Positions 16,648 through 24,702 of a stretch of DNA of 56,646 nucleotides are shown here, piece by piece. The position numbers and the translations under genes are program-made. Numbering within the stretch: the stretch's first letter is position 1; each line of letters begins with the position of its first letter. The notes beneath the pieces are model-generated. The model did not search any database. It worked only from the letters and a program-made list of their open reading frames with translations, and had not been told where the DNA came from. Origin of the DNA: a virus. Location: positions 1 to 56,646 of the IMG/VR virus record IMGVR_UViG_3300045988_125549. One strand, written 5' to 3'.

Positions 16648-16713
16648 ATATAGTGTTTTATGTGGTGTTTTTAATGTGGTTATCGCCTCCACTATGAAAG
16701 ACTGCTAAAGTCA

Positions 16714-16911
16714 TTAATAGTTCAAGTCATCAATTACTTTGTCCAAAAGTTCATCAATCTCATACTCTTCCATATTTCCAATATCTTTTCCAAAGTATTC
16801 ACATACTTTCTTTTGCTGTTCAAAAGTAAATATAAACATTATGTTATCTCCTGTTTCATAATCTTCCATATTTCTAATGTCGTTTGAATTTCTTAATTCT
16901 TCCGCTTTCAT
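16714..16911 (-). CDS. Hypothetical acidic protein (65 aa)
   Basis: ORF-track entry; first gene after promoter 16963-16991. Confidence 0.5.
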   Translation of the reverse strand: MKAEELRNSNDIRNMEDYETGDNIMFIFTFEQQKKVCEYFGKDIGNMEEYEIDELLDKVIDDLNY

Positions 16912-16962
16912 ACCTTTGTCCTACATTTTATGTTTTTTGTTGTTTTCTTAACTTGTAACTAT

Positions 16963-16991
16963 ATTGTAATACATATTTTGATAAATGTCAA
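16963..16991 (-). promoter_or_regulatory. Consensus sigma-70/SigA promoter (-35 TTGACA, 17 nt, -10 TACAAT)
   Basis: The minus strand reads TTGACATTTATCAAAATATGTATTACAAT. Confidence 0.7.
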
Positions 16992-16999
16992 GCACTTTT

Positions 17000-17794
17000 T
17001 TAAACTTTTTTACAAATTGTTTTATACGGACAATACCGGCACACTTTGGTATCTTCACACTTAGGTGGAGCAATCATTCTTGACACATAACCTTCACATT
17101 CTGATATAAACCCAACTAACCAATTTTTCATATCGGGGGTTACTTCAAATATTTCCGGAACATCAATATTGCAAGTATCTCTATTTTCATAAGTGATAAA
17201 TGCCTTGTCCAGGTCAAGTGCTGTACAATAGCATATAACCTGATTATAATGCTGTTCCAATGCACTATTATCAATCGTATTATATTTGAATGATGTTACG
17301 TTTTTAAACTCAAACAGAAAATCCTCATTGGTTGATATACGTCTTATAATTCCATCGCACCGGAACGAAAGATTTAATACTGTATCAATTAAATGTGTTT
17401 CGGCTCCTTGTGTACCTTTGACTACAAGATTTCTACATTTTCCGAATTTCTGTTTGTCCTCAACGTATTTTGCAACATCCAAATATTTCCAGTCAAACCC
17501 ATAATTCGGCATATTTATCAATGCAGTTTGTATCGCCTCGTGTCTATGTGTTCCTGTATCTGCCATACCTATCATAGTATATTCCTCAGGTGCAACATCA
17601 ACTGGTGCGCTGGTTCTTGTGAAATACATATTGCGCATACACTTTAAACTTGACGGCTTGTAATATTTAGATGGTTTTCTTGTATTTGATTTACTGTCTA
17701 ATTCAAGTGTACGCATTAAATCAACCGCAAATTTTTTATTTGCCGGAAGTTGTGGCTGGTTATTATTTATTAAGTTCAATAATCTTCTACTCAT
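17000..17794 (-). CDS. Cas4/RecB-like PD-(D/E)XK exonuclease with an Fe-S Cys cluster
   Basis: N-terminal Cys (SSLKCMRNMYF), nuclease core DGIIRR...FEFKNV, QVICYC, and C-terminal CRYCPYKTIC. Confidence 0.65.
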   Translation of the reverse strand: MSRRLLNLINNNQPQLPANKKFAVDLMRTLELDSKSNTRKPSKYYKPSSLKCMRNMYFTRTSAPVDVAPEEYTMIGMADTGTHRHEAIQTALINMPNYGFDWKYLDVAKYVEDKQKFGKCRNLVVKGTQGAETHLIDTVLNLSFRCDGIIRRISTNEDFLFEFKNVTSFKYNTIDNSALEQHYNQVICYCTALDLDKAFITYENRDTCNIDVPEIFEVTPDMKNWLVGFISECEGYVSRMIAPPKCEDTKVCRYCPYKTICKKV

Positions 17795-17813
17795 ATTAAT
17801 CTCACTTTCTTTG

Positions 17814-18032
17814 TCATCTAATTATATCTAAAATGGTATCACGAACATCAGTCAATATTGATAATTTGGTACGCAATTCAACATATGTATATGTATCACA
17901 CGCAAGGTCGCTGTCTAATCTGTTTATCAACGCTTGTATATGAGATATTTGCTGTTCAAGATAAGTCAAAAAATCTTTTAGTTTACCATCACACATTCTT
18001 ATTTCATATTTATTTCTATTGTATCTTGTCAT
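17814..18032 (-). CDS. Hypothetical protein (72 aa)
   Basis: ORF-track entry in operon context. Confidence 0.5.
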   Translation of the reverse strand: MTRYNRNKYEIRMCDGKLKDFLTYLEQQISHIQALINRLDSDLACDTYTYVELRTKLSILTDVRDTILDIIR

Positions 18033-18064
18033 ATCATATCTCCTTTAAATAAGTGTTTTATGTG

Positions 18065-18253
18065 TTATCGCTTCACATTGATTTTGTATTTCTTATTATA
18101 GGCATATAATGTACAACCAGTTCCTCTCAAATTATTAGCTTTTAACCAATCCATAGCTTTTTTTATACTTGTAAATCCATCTGCAATAACTTTATTATCT
18201 TTAGAAACCCACTTATATAACTGTCTACTCCTTGATAATACTGTACCCTGCAT
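18065..18253 (-). CDS. Hypothetical basic protein (62 aa)
   Basis: The start was moved to MQGTVL (AAGGTGAG RBS). Confidence 0.5.
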   Translation of the reverse strand: MQGTVLSRSRQLYKWVSKDNKVIADGFTSIKKAMDWLKANNLRGTGCTLYAYNKKYKINVKR

Positions 18254-18303
18254 TATTCTCACCTTTTACCTTTCTATGTATTACTTTCTTAACTTGTAAC
18301 TAT

Positions 18304-18332
18304 ATTGTAATACATAAAAAGATAAATGTCAA
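18304..18332 (-). promoter_or_regulatory. Consensus sigma-70/SigA promoter (-35 TTGACA, 17 nt, -10 TACAAT)
   Basis: The minus strand reads TTGACATTTATCTTTTTATGTATTACAAT, the same block as 52156-52184. Confidence 0.7.
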
Positions 18333-18340
18333 GCACTTTT

Positions 18341-19330
18341 TTAAAAAATTATTTTGCATTTTAGAAATTCTTCTTGCAAATCATTTATATCCCTATCGTC
18401 TGAATATACAACCTCTTTTATAATTTTTCCGTGTACGTTTTTTCTGAATCGTTCTGTTGCTTTTCTTCCTGCCTCGTCCGGGTCAAATGCAAGAATATAT
18501 TCACGCACCGGCAATTTATTCAATATTTCATATTGCTTTTTATTTCCAGTGCCTATCATAGCCATAGCAGGTTTATTATATTTCCAACAAGTCAAACAAT
18601 TTAAGAATGATTCAGTTATATAAGCTGTTTTATACGTTCCATCAACGAACATATATCCCTGATATATCGGCTTATCAATGGCTTTCGGAAGTCTGAAAAA
18701 TTTTCGTTCAACACTTCTTCCTGCAATGAATCTAACATTTCCTGACAAGTCTTTAATTGGGAAAGTAATTTCTTTTCGGTCTCTGTCATAACCTATATCA
18801 AACCTTTCTATAATTTCATCAGTCAATCCTCTTTGATACATATAAGGATGGATATATCTATATTTGTCTAATTCTTCTTCTGTAATTCCTGAACTTGTTC
18901 CGTCAATTTGTCTATCTGTTTCTGCATTTCCAAAATTCTTTCCAGCATTGAAATTAATATTTTTGTGAACATTAAATCCCTCCATAATATTTGGTCTTGT
19001 TTCAATTTCAATAGAATTAAATTTCCTAGATAACCAGTGTTCTCCAAATTTACCATTATCAATATAACCATATAATTCGGAAATCATTTCCTCTATTGTT
19101 CCACTCCAACCGCAGGCAAAACAATGGCACTTATCAATTTCTCCATTTATTCCAAATGACGGTTTACGTTCTTGACCTTGCTTATGGAATGGACAATTTG
19201 TCTGAATGTTTTCGCCGTTATTCCGGAACATATGAAATCTATCCATACCGTGTTTTGCAAGGTCAATTTTTAGTTCATCAAGTACAGCTTGTGTGGTGGC
19301 TTGTATAATTGTATTCTGTAATTTTATCAA
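18341..19330 (-). CDS. dnaG: DNA primase (CHC2 zinc finger plus Toprim)
   Basis: CPFHKQGQERKPSFGIN...CHCFACG zinc finger and Toprim ILAFDPDEAGRKA. Confidence 0.75.
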   Translation of the reverse strand: MIKLQNTIIQATTQAVLDELKIDLAKHGMDRFHMFRNNGENIQTNCPFHKQGQERKPSFGINGEIDKCHCFACGWSGTIEEMISELYGYIDNGKFGEHWLSRKFNSIEIETRPNIMEGFNVHKNINFNAGKNFGNAETDRQIDGTSSGITEEELDKYRYIHPYMYQRGLTDEIIERFDIGYDRDRKEITFPIKDLSGNVRFIAGRSVERKFFRLPKAIDKPIYQGYMFVDGTYKTAYITESFLNCLTCWKYNKPAMAMIGTGNKKQYEILNKLPVREYILAFDPDEAGRKATERFRKNVHGKIIKEVVYSDDRDINDLQEEFLKCKIIF

Positions 19331-19333
19331 GAT

Positions 19334-19636
19334 TTATGCCTCCTCAAGCTCCCCAAATAGTTCTTCATACTTTGGCAAGTCATATGTTATTAACAGGTCT
19401 TTTACTTCCGTCTCTGTCAAGGATTGTGCGCTATACTTAACATATCCCTGACGCTTATAAGTGATTAACCATCTGCCTTTGGCACTTTTCCATAATTTTA
19501 CATCAAGTACATTCTCTCTAAAAGAAGAAGTTACGTACAAAAGATTATTTTTGATTGAAACTTGGTATTTACATTTATCAGAAATCAGTTCCATTTTATC
19601 TGTGTCATATTTTAAATTATCAATTACAAATATCAT
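19334..19636 (-). CDS. Hypothetical protein (100 aa)
   Basis: The start was moved to MIFVIDNL (GAGGAGG RBS). Confidence 0.55.
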   Translation of the reverse strand: MIFVIDNLKYDTDKMELISDKCKYQVSIKNNLLYVTSSFRENVLDVKLWKSAKGRWLITYKRQGYVKYSAQSLTETEVKDLLITYDLPKYEELFGELEEA

Positions 19637-19637
19637 A

Positions 19638-19847
19638 TTACATAACCTCCTCGAAAATAAAACAAGTGTCATCTATATTTGTATACCTTGACTTTAATCT
19701 TTGTAATTCGTTTTTCGCACTATCCATACTTTTAAATTTTCGAGCCAAATCCTTTGAGCCGATAACCTTGTAAGGTTCTCCCTGCACTATATATGAGCCT
19801 TTTCCCACATAATCGCCATACATATCTTTAATATAATATATTGTCAT
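19638..19847 (-). CDS. Hypothetical protein (69 aa)
   Basis: ORF-track entry, tightly packed between the helicase and the next gene. Confidence 0.5.
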   Translation of the reverse strand: MTIYYIKDMYGDYVGKGSYIVQGEPYKVIGSKDLARKFKSMDSAKNELQRLKSRYTNIDDTCFIFEEVM

Positions 19848-21116
19848 TTAATATTCCTCGCTTTCTTTGTCGTGGTATCTTCGTCTTAATTCTTCTGCTT
19901 TTTCTTCATCTTCTTGTCCTTTTTCGGGTTCAGGAATGTACTCAAAAGTACCTCTATCCGCGTCCCATAAATAGACATAACTTGTGCCAACATTGGCATT
20001 TCGCACTTTCACCGTCTTTAATTGCAACCCAACTTTCTTTTGTTGAATTGTCAATACGATTGAAGCATTATAGGCTATACCATCACTATCTCTAATATTT
20101 TCAAGTTGAATATCTTCCTGCTCCACACCGCCTCTGTTTGACTGCACAACAACAAGCACCGGTATTTTCAAATCAATGCTTAGTTGCATTAAATCTTCTG
20201 ATATGTTCGTCAACTGCGTTGTTTTATTATCGCCTCTTTCTTTGCGCTCATCTTGTAAATAAGATATACCGTCAACAGCTAGTATGTCTATATGATTATA
20301 TTCAACCCACGATTTTAATTTTGATACGGTTACTTTTTTATTGAAATCTTTGGGGTGTGCTACATAAAATGGTATATTTGACTGACTTAGATGATTTATG
20401 TATTGTTCATACCCTTGTATGTTATCGCCGGTATATAATGCTTTTGAGCTTATATGTTGGTGCAATGTATCAAATCTATAACCAGTTCTAGTTGCAGACA
20501 TTTCGGGTTCAATTAGACCTATATGTTTATTCATTTTCCAGGCGTGTTCCAACATTTTCAATAACACCCAAGTTTTACCTTGTCCTGTTCTTGCAACTAA
20601 TACAACAAGTTCCTCTCCGCAATGCCAACCACCTATATCATCATCAAGTTCCTCGAAACCAGTTGGAATAAAATGTGTGTCGTGATTATCCCTAACTGAC
20701 TTCCAATCTTCAAGTCGTTCTTGTGCTTGTGATATAATGTCCGTACCTTTTGCACTTGTTACAACTTTCAATTCCGGCAAGTGTGCCTTCAAATAGTCAA
20801 CTGCGGAATAAGCATCCGTCTGTAATAGTTCTGACATCTTAGTAAGTACTGGTACAGACTGACTATATAAATATTCTTCTCTAAATGTATTGACAAGATA
20901 TTCTGTACTTTCCGATACATTTATAACATCAAAATCATTAAATACTGATAGGAAAGTTTCCATATCAGGAACGCATTTATAGTCATTCAGATGTTCTATG
21001 ATATAGTCATATTCCTCGATATACTGATGGAAATAATCCCTTGTAATATCATTCACAGTGAGTATATCAATACTCTTATCTTTAAGCACTTTATTTATTA
21101 TTTGAAGTTCAACCAT
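19848..21116 (-). CDS. dnaB: DnaB-like replicative DNA helicase
   Basis: Walker A ARTGQGKTW, Walker B DILAVDGISYL and a RecA-like C-terminal domain, 422 aa. Confidence 0.75.
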   Translation of the reverse strand: MVELQIINKVLKDKSIDILTVNDITRDYFHQYIEEYDYIIEHLNDYKCVPDMETFLSVFNDFDVINVSESTEYLVNTFREEYLYSQSVPVLTKMSELLQTDAYSAVDYLKAHLPELKVVTSAKGTDIISQAQERLEDWKSVRDNHDTHFIPTGFEELDDDIGGWHCGEELVVLVARTGQGKTWVLLKMLEHAWKMNKHIGLIEPEMSATRTGYRFDTLHQHISSKALYTGDNIQGYEQYINHLSQSNIPFYVAHPKDFNKKVTVSKLKSWVEYNHIDILAVDGISYLQDERKERGDNKTTQLTNISEDLMQLSIDLKIPVLVVVQSNRGGVEQEDIQLENIRDSDGIAYNASIVLTIQQKKVGLQLKTVKVRNANVGTSYVYLWDADRGTFEYIPEPEKGQEDEEKAEELRRRYHDKESEEY

Positions 21117-21786
21117 TATTCAAACCTCTCTTATCTTTTTCTTTTAACTCAATAACCTCTGAACATCCCCAAATTCTGCTCGCAAGTCGTTCACCAACTG
21201 TACTTGTCAAACCCTCACGGTCTTGATTACTTGTATATACATTACTACGTCCGGAATTGATACGATTATCAATGTACTGTTGTAATATTTGCAGTTCATA
21301 ACTTGTAGCAACCCCGCAAGCTATATCATCCCATATAACAAGATTAGCTTGCTCAATTTGAGTGCATAATTCGTGAAAATCGGGTACATCTTGACTTATT
21401 GACCTTTTACAATTATATAGAAATTGAGGTACACTAATAAATAATGCTTTACAATTCAAACAGCTTAAATGCCAAATTTCCTTGAAATAATTACATAACA
21501 GCTTAACCGCCCAACTCGTTTTTCCATTTCCGCAATTTGTTGAATAAATATATAGATTATTTCCGTTATCAATAAATGATAACATATCATTTCCAATATC
21601 AGACAACCTTGTAAATGCCTTAAAATCTGTTGTACCACAAGTGAGCGGGCGTATATCCCATAAGGCTTCCGGCAATCGTGATTGTTCAAATAAAGTACGC
21701 ATAAGATTGTATCGTATACAATAAGAATTACAATTATTAGTACATACTGGTTTATACCAACAAGTATCAGTTGTCATTGCTTTCAC
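21109..21786 (-). CDS. DnaC/IstB-like AAA+ helicase loader
   Basis: Walker A STNCGNGKTSW and Walker B LVIWDDI. It lies immediately upstream of the helicase with an 8-nt overlap. Confidence 0.6.
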   Translation of the reverse strand: MKAMTTDTCWYKPVCTNNCNSYCIRYNLMRTLFEQSRLPEALWDIRPLTCGTTDFKAFTRLSDIGNDMLSFIDNGNNLYIYSTNCGNGKTSWAVKLLCNYFKEIWHLSCLNCKALFISVPQFLYNCKRSISQDVPDFHELCTQIEQANLVIWDDIACGVATSYELQILQQYIDNRINSGRSNVYTSNQDREGLTSTVGERLASRIWGCSEVIELKEKDKRGLNNG

Positions 21787-22114
21787 TCCTTGTATCGCTT
21801 GATTTCAATAGCAAATTAATCTTACTGCTTTCAAGTAATGTAATTGTGTGCCTTAACCCAGCCAAATCTGATTTCATTGTTCGTATAATTGAACTAATCT
21901 CCTCAGGTGTTTGGGCTATCCAGTAACCCTTATTTGGGCTTGCACATATAGGATAGCCATCTTCTCTTAACCATTGTACTATGTGTCTAATATCTCTCTC
22001 ACTATATCCTGTAAATGACTGTATAGTATGATTATACACATTTTCGGGATGATTTGGGATTAATCTTAACACGGCTTGTTTTGCACATTCAATATCATAT
22101 TTGCTCTTTGTCAT
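21767..22114 (-). CDS. Winged-helix DNA-binding-like protein
   Basis: IRHIVQWLREDGYPICASPNKGYWIA resembles the wHTH of BirA-N/HTH_11-type proteins. Confidence 0.4.
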   Translation of the reverse strand: MTKSKYDIECAKQAVLRLIPNHPENVYNHTIQSFTGYSERDIRHIVQWLREDGYPICASPNKGYWIAQTPEEISSIIRTMKSDLAGLRHTITLLESSKINLLLKSSDTRSESNDN

Positions 22115-22126
22115 AATTTTTCCTCC

Positions 22127-22897
22127 TTAAAACTTGAATGTATCTGGATTATTTCTGTACTGCTCCAAATTTGCCTTATGCTCATCTGCCGTTATACTGT
22201 TTATATTCTCCTGTAGGCGCTTGCCATAAGTATTATTAGTAGTCAACCATTCCGGCGGAGTAATGTATCTATAATTTCGGGAAAAACTTGTATTGATACA
22301 TCTCGAAATAATTGAATAAGGTTTTCCGGCTAATTTCGCTATATTAGCCTCAACTGCTCGTGGTGTTTTTATTTTCATATCCTCTAAAAAGGATTCTATA
22401 AGTTCTATACTCTTATCATCCTCTATATCATTTTTTAAGCAAGTATCTATAACAAGTTTTGAAAAATCTTTTTTGGAATTTTTTTTAACTTGTTTATCTT
22501 CTATTTTATCTTTATTGTTTATATTTATATTATTAGTACAACTCTGTTGTATACCCCCATACAACTCTGTTGTATGCCCTGTACAACTCTGTTGTATACC
22601 CTGTACAACTATGTTGTATGGTATACAACTATAAGCACAATACTTAACTCCGTTTTTAATTGTTGTTTTTTTAGTGATATAACCCAAGTCCGTGAGGTTT
22701 TTAAGATTTTTCTGCACACCGTTTTTTGTGCAATTACACCAAGTAGCAAGATATGATAAACTTCCGGTAAATTCAGATTCCTCATCCTGAGAAAATCCAT
22801 ATATAATTGCATACACTAATAAGTCATTACCCTTTAATTTTAATTCATTTACCATCCAACCCTGTATGTTTATGTATTTGTCATTTATTGATTGCAT
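22127..22897 (-). CDS. Replisome organizer / replication initiator (N-terminal wHTH, internal origin iterons)
   Basis: LLVYAIIYGFSQDE...GSLSYLATWCNCTKNGVQKNLKNLTDLGYI is typical of phage replisome-organizer N-domains. The gene carries iterons and precedes the loader-helicase pair. Confidence 0.6.
   Translation of the reverse strand: MQSINDKYINIQGWMVNELKLKGNDLLVYAIIYGFSQDEESEFTGSLSYLATWCNCTKNGVQKNLKNLTDLGYITKKTTIKNGVKYCAYSCIPYNIVVQGIQQSCTGHTTELYGGIQQSCTNNININNKDKIEDKQVKKNSKKDFSKLVIDTCLKNDIEDDKSIELIESFLEDMKIKTPRAVEANIAKLAGKPYSIISRCINTSFSRNYRYITPPEWLTTNNTYGKRLQENINSITADEHKANLEQYRNNPDTFKF
22537..22632. repeat. Origin-like iterons: four copies and one partial copy of TACAACTCTGTTGTAT at 20-23 bp spacing
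   Basis: Copies at 22537, 22560, 22582 and 22604 (one mismatch), plus a partial copy at 22624. Each copy contains the inverted core ACAAC-N3-GTTGT. Confidence 0.8.
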
Positions 22898-22922
22898 TAT
22901 AAATTCTCCTTTAAAAATAAAT

Positions 22923-23018
22923 TAAACTATACAAACTATGTGGTGGCATAATTTGTATAGTTTATTATATGTTGATATTAAGTTATGCGGATATTAAGCC
23001 CACCAACTTAATATCAAC
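22923..23018 (-). promoter_or_regulatory. Structured 5' leader: two long hairpins (13-bp and 14-bp stems) upstream of the replisome organizer RBS
   Basis: taaactatacaaa/tttgtatagttta (22923-35/22952-64) and gttgatattaagtt/aacttaatatcaac (22971-84/23005-18). gatattaag is duplicated at 22990-98 in the loop. Confidence 0.55.
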
Positions 23019-23055
23019 TTTGTTGTGTATCACAACCATATAAGTAGTATAACAC

Positions 23056-23084
23056 AAGTATAACAAAATCACAAGATATTTTTT
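23056..23084 (-). promoter_or_regulatory. Candidate promoter (-35 TTGTGA, 17 nt, TGn -10 TATACT)
   Basis: The minus strand reads TTGTGATTTTGTTATACTTGTGTTATACT. Confidence 0.4.
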
Positions 23085-23642
23085 TTAATTCATATTTTGT
23101 AATTCTTCAATCTGTTCGTCAACTTCCGAATTGAGTTTAGCCCACAGCTGTTCTCTTGTGTCATCCATATCCACAGCATTAACACTTGTAACATCCCATT
23201 CCTCTTCGGCGGTAAACTTGAAGTAATTATCTCCGCGCTTAACTGTGGCACTGGATGTATATCTCAATGCTGTTACTTTAATACCATCACTAATTTCTGT
23301 AGACTTGCTTGCTTCACCGGTCTTGATTACCTCGGATTTATTATTTGTTGTTGTATTTTTTGTGCCGTTTTCGGTCGTTTTCGCCTTAGATGTATTGTTG
23401 TTAGGCTTAACTGGTTTTGCAGGTTTTTCGGTTGTTTTTTCGTTGTTCTTTGTGTCCTCTTCAAATGGACATTCCTCAACAGTTTCAACCGGAGTATTCA
23501 CCTCATTGGCGGTGTCATTTCCTGGTTCATATCCGTTGCATTTTTCACAAGATATTGATTTTCCATCAACCATCATATCAATACCATTACAATTCTTGCA
23601 GTAGAGGTCTGCCGGGTCTCCTGCATATTTACAAATTTTCAT
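23085..23642 (-). CDS. Hypothetical protein (185 aa): N-terminal Cys4 ribbon and a low-complexity T/N/K-rich linker
   Basis: CKNCNG...CEKCNG followed by KPAKPVKPNNNTSKAKTTENGTKNTTTNN. Confidence 0.55.
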   Translation of the reverse strand: MKICKYAGDPADLYCKNCNGIDMMVDGKSISCEKCNGYEPGNDTANEVNTPVETVEECPFEEDTKNNEKTTEKPAKPVKPNNNTSKAKTTENGTKNTTTNNKSEVIKTGEASKSTEISDGIKVTALRYTSSATVKRGDNYFKFTAEEEWDVTSVNAVDMDDTREQLWAKLNSEVDEQIEELQNMN

Positions 23643-23645
23643 AAA

Positions 23646-23918
23646 TTAATCCTCCTTAATAATGCGCTCTTTAAATCGCTTTGACATTTCTTCTCTTTGT
23701 TCATCCGATAAGTCACGTTCAATTATTGATAATTTAAGTGCTTTGATTGGCAACCGTACCACGATTGAACCATCAGTATTTTCCGCTATAATATGAACTT
23801 TATCGGGAAATTTCTCTTTAAGTTTGTGTACCTTGGAAATAAATTTTCCTTGAGTGAATGTACACGTTATTGTGTGTGCTCCTGTTATCCACTCTATAAC
23901 ATTTTCGTTGCAATCCAT
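23646..23918 (-). CDS. Hypothetical protein (90 aa)
   Basis: ORF-track entry in operon context. Confidence 0.5.
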   Translation of the reverse strand: MDCNENVIEWITGAHTITCTFTQGKFISKVHKLKEKFPDKVHIIAENTDGSIVVRLPIKALKLSIIERDLSDEQREEMSKRFKERIIKED

Positions 23919-23919
23919 A

Positions 23920-24324
23920 TTACTTCCTCTTGCTAATTCTTAATGTTGTAACCGGAGTTACAATCTTTGCTGGTTCAAGTGCCGAAATCTCAAAATCTCC
24001 ATTGTATACGAGTTTTTCCAATGCGTCCTCGTCAATGTATTCTTTTGTCTTGATTACTGTGTTAAGCATTGCACCGCCTAACTTGCTTTTTATAATTTCG
24101 ATTGCAAGTTCATCATTCAATGTTGTTTTTTGTGTAACTGAGAGTTTAGCTGTACACGTTTCAGCCTCAACCTCATTACAATCGTTTTCCTGCATATAAG
24201 ATTTGATTTTAGTATTCAAATCTGCGTTAGTTGTGTTTAAAGCCTTTTCCTTCGCTTTATGTGACTGATACAATTCAATAGCCTTGATTATATCAAATTT
24301 TGGTTTTGCGTCTCTGCGTGACAT
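23920..24324 (-). CDS. Hypothetical coiled-coil protein (134 aa)
   Basis: ORF-track entry. A possible Gp157-like fold is only a guess. Confidence 0.5.
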   Translation of the reverse strand: MSRRDAKPKFDIIKAIELYQSHKAKEKALNTTNADLNTKIKSYMQENDCNEVEAETCTAKLSVTQKTTLNDELAIEIIKSKLGGAMLNTVIKTKEYIDEDALEKLVYNGDFEISALEPAKIVTPVTTLRISKRK

Positions 24325-24327
24325 AAT

Positions 24328-24648
24328 TTAATCCTCCTTTTTTGACTTTTTCTTTTCTTTGTTTATCAATATTCGAGTGCCACGTTGCCCCCATTGATAA
24401 TTTGCGTTAAACTCTGACATAATGCCTCTATATTTGAACTGTAAATCGTGCTTAAATACTTTAAGCACCGCAACGGAATCAATAGTAAAATATTTTGTTC
24501 CCTTGCCATCCGTAGTATATTCCGGTAATTTAAGTTCAGGCGGCTTGTCATAATCTTCACATTCATACCACTTGTACCACCGTTTTAATGTAGTAGTGGA
24601 AATGTCAAGTATCTGAGCAACTTGACTTATACTGAATAACTTCTGCAT
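24328..24648 (-). CDS. MerR/excisionase-type HTH DNA-binding protein
   Basis: FSISQVAQILDISTTTLKRWYKW is an N-terminal HTH. First gene after promoter 24674-24702. Confidence 0.6.
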   Translation of the reverse strand: MQKLFSISQVAQILDISTTTLKRWYKWYECEDYDKPPELKLPEYTTDGKGTKYFTIDSVAVLKVFKHDLQFKYRGIMSEFNANYQWGQRGTRILINKEKKKSKKED

Positions 24649-24673
24649 ACTGCACCTCCTTTCTATTAATAAT

Positions 24674-24702
24674 ATTGTAATACATATTTATGCAAAAGTC
24701 AA
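24674..24702 (-). promoter_or_regulatory. Sigma-70/SigA promoter (-35 TTGACT, 17 nt, -10 TACAAT)
   Basis: The minus strand reads TTGACTTTTGCATAAATATGTATTACAAT. Confidence 0.6.

Noticed and set aside
22537-22632. Regularly spaced repeats that could be taken for a mini CRISPR array
   Set aside because: The repeats are only 16 bp long with 4-7 bp between them and lie inside a coding sequence. They have an internal inverted core typical of initiator iterons. I could not recognise any cas gene in the genome.
23245-23644. Plus-strand ORFs of 119 aa and 75 aa
   Set aside because: They are antisense to the T/N/K-rich low-complexity part of ORF 23085-23642. They are shadow frames without start signals.
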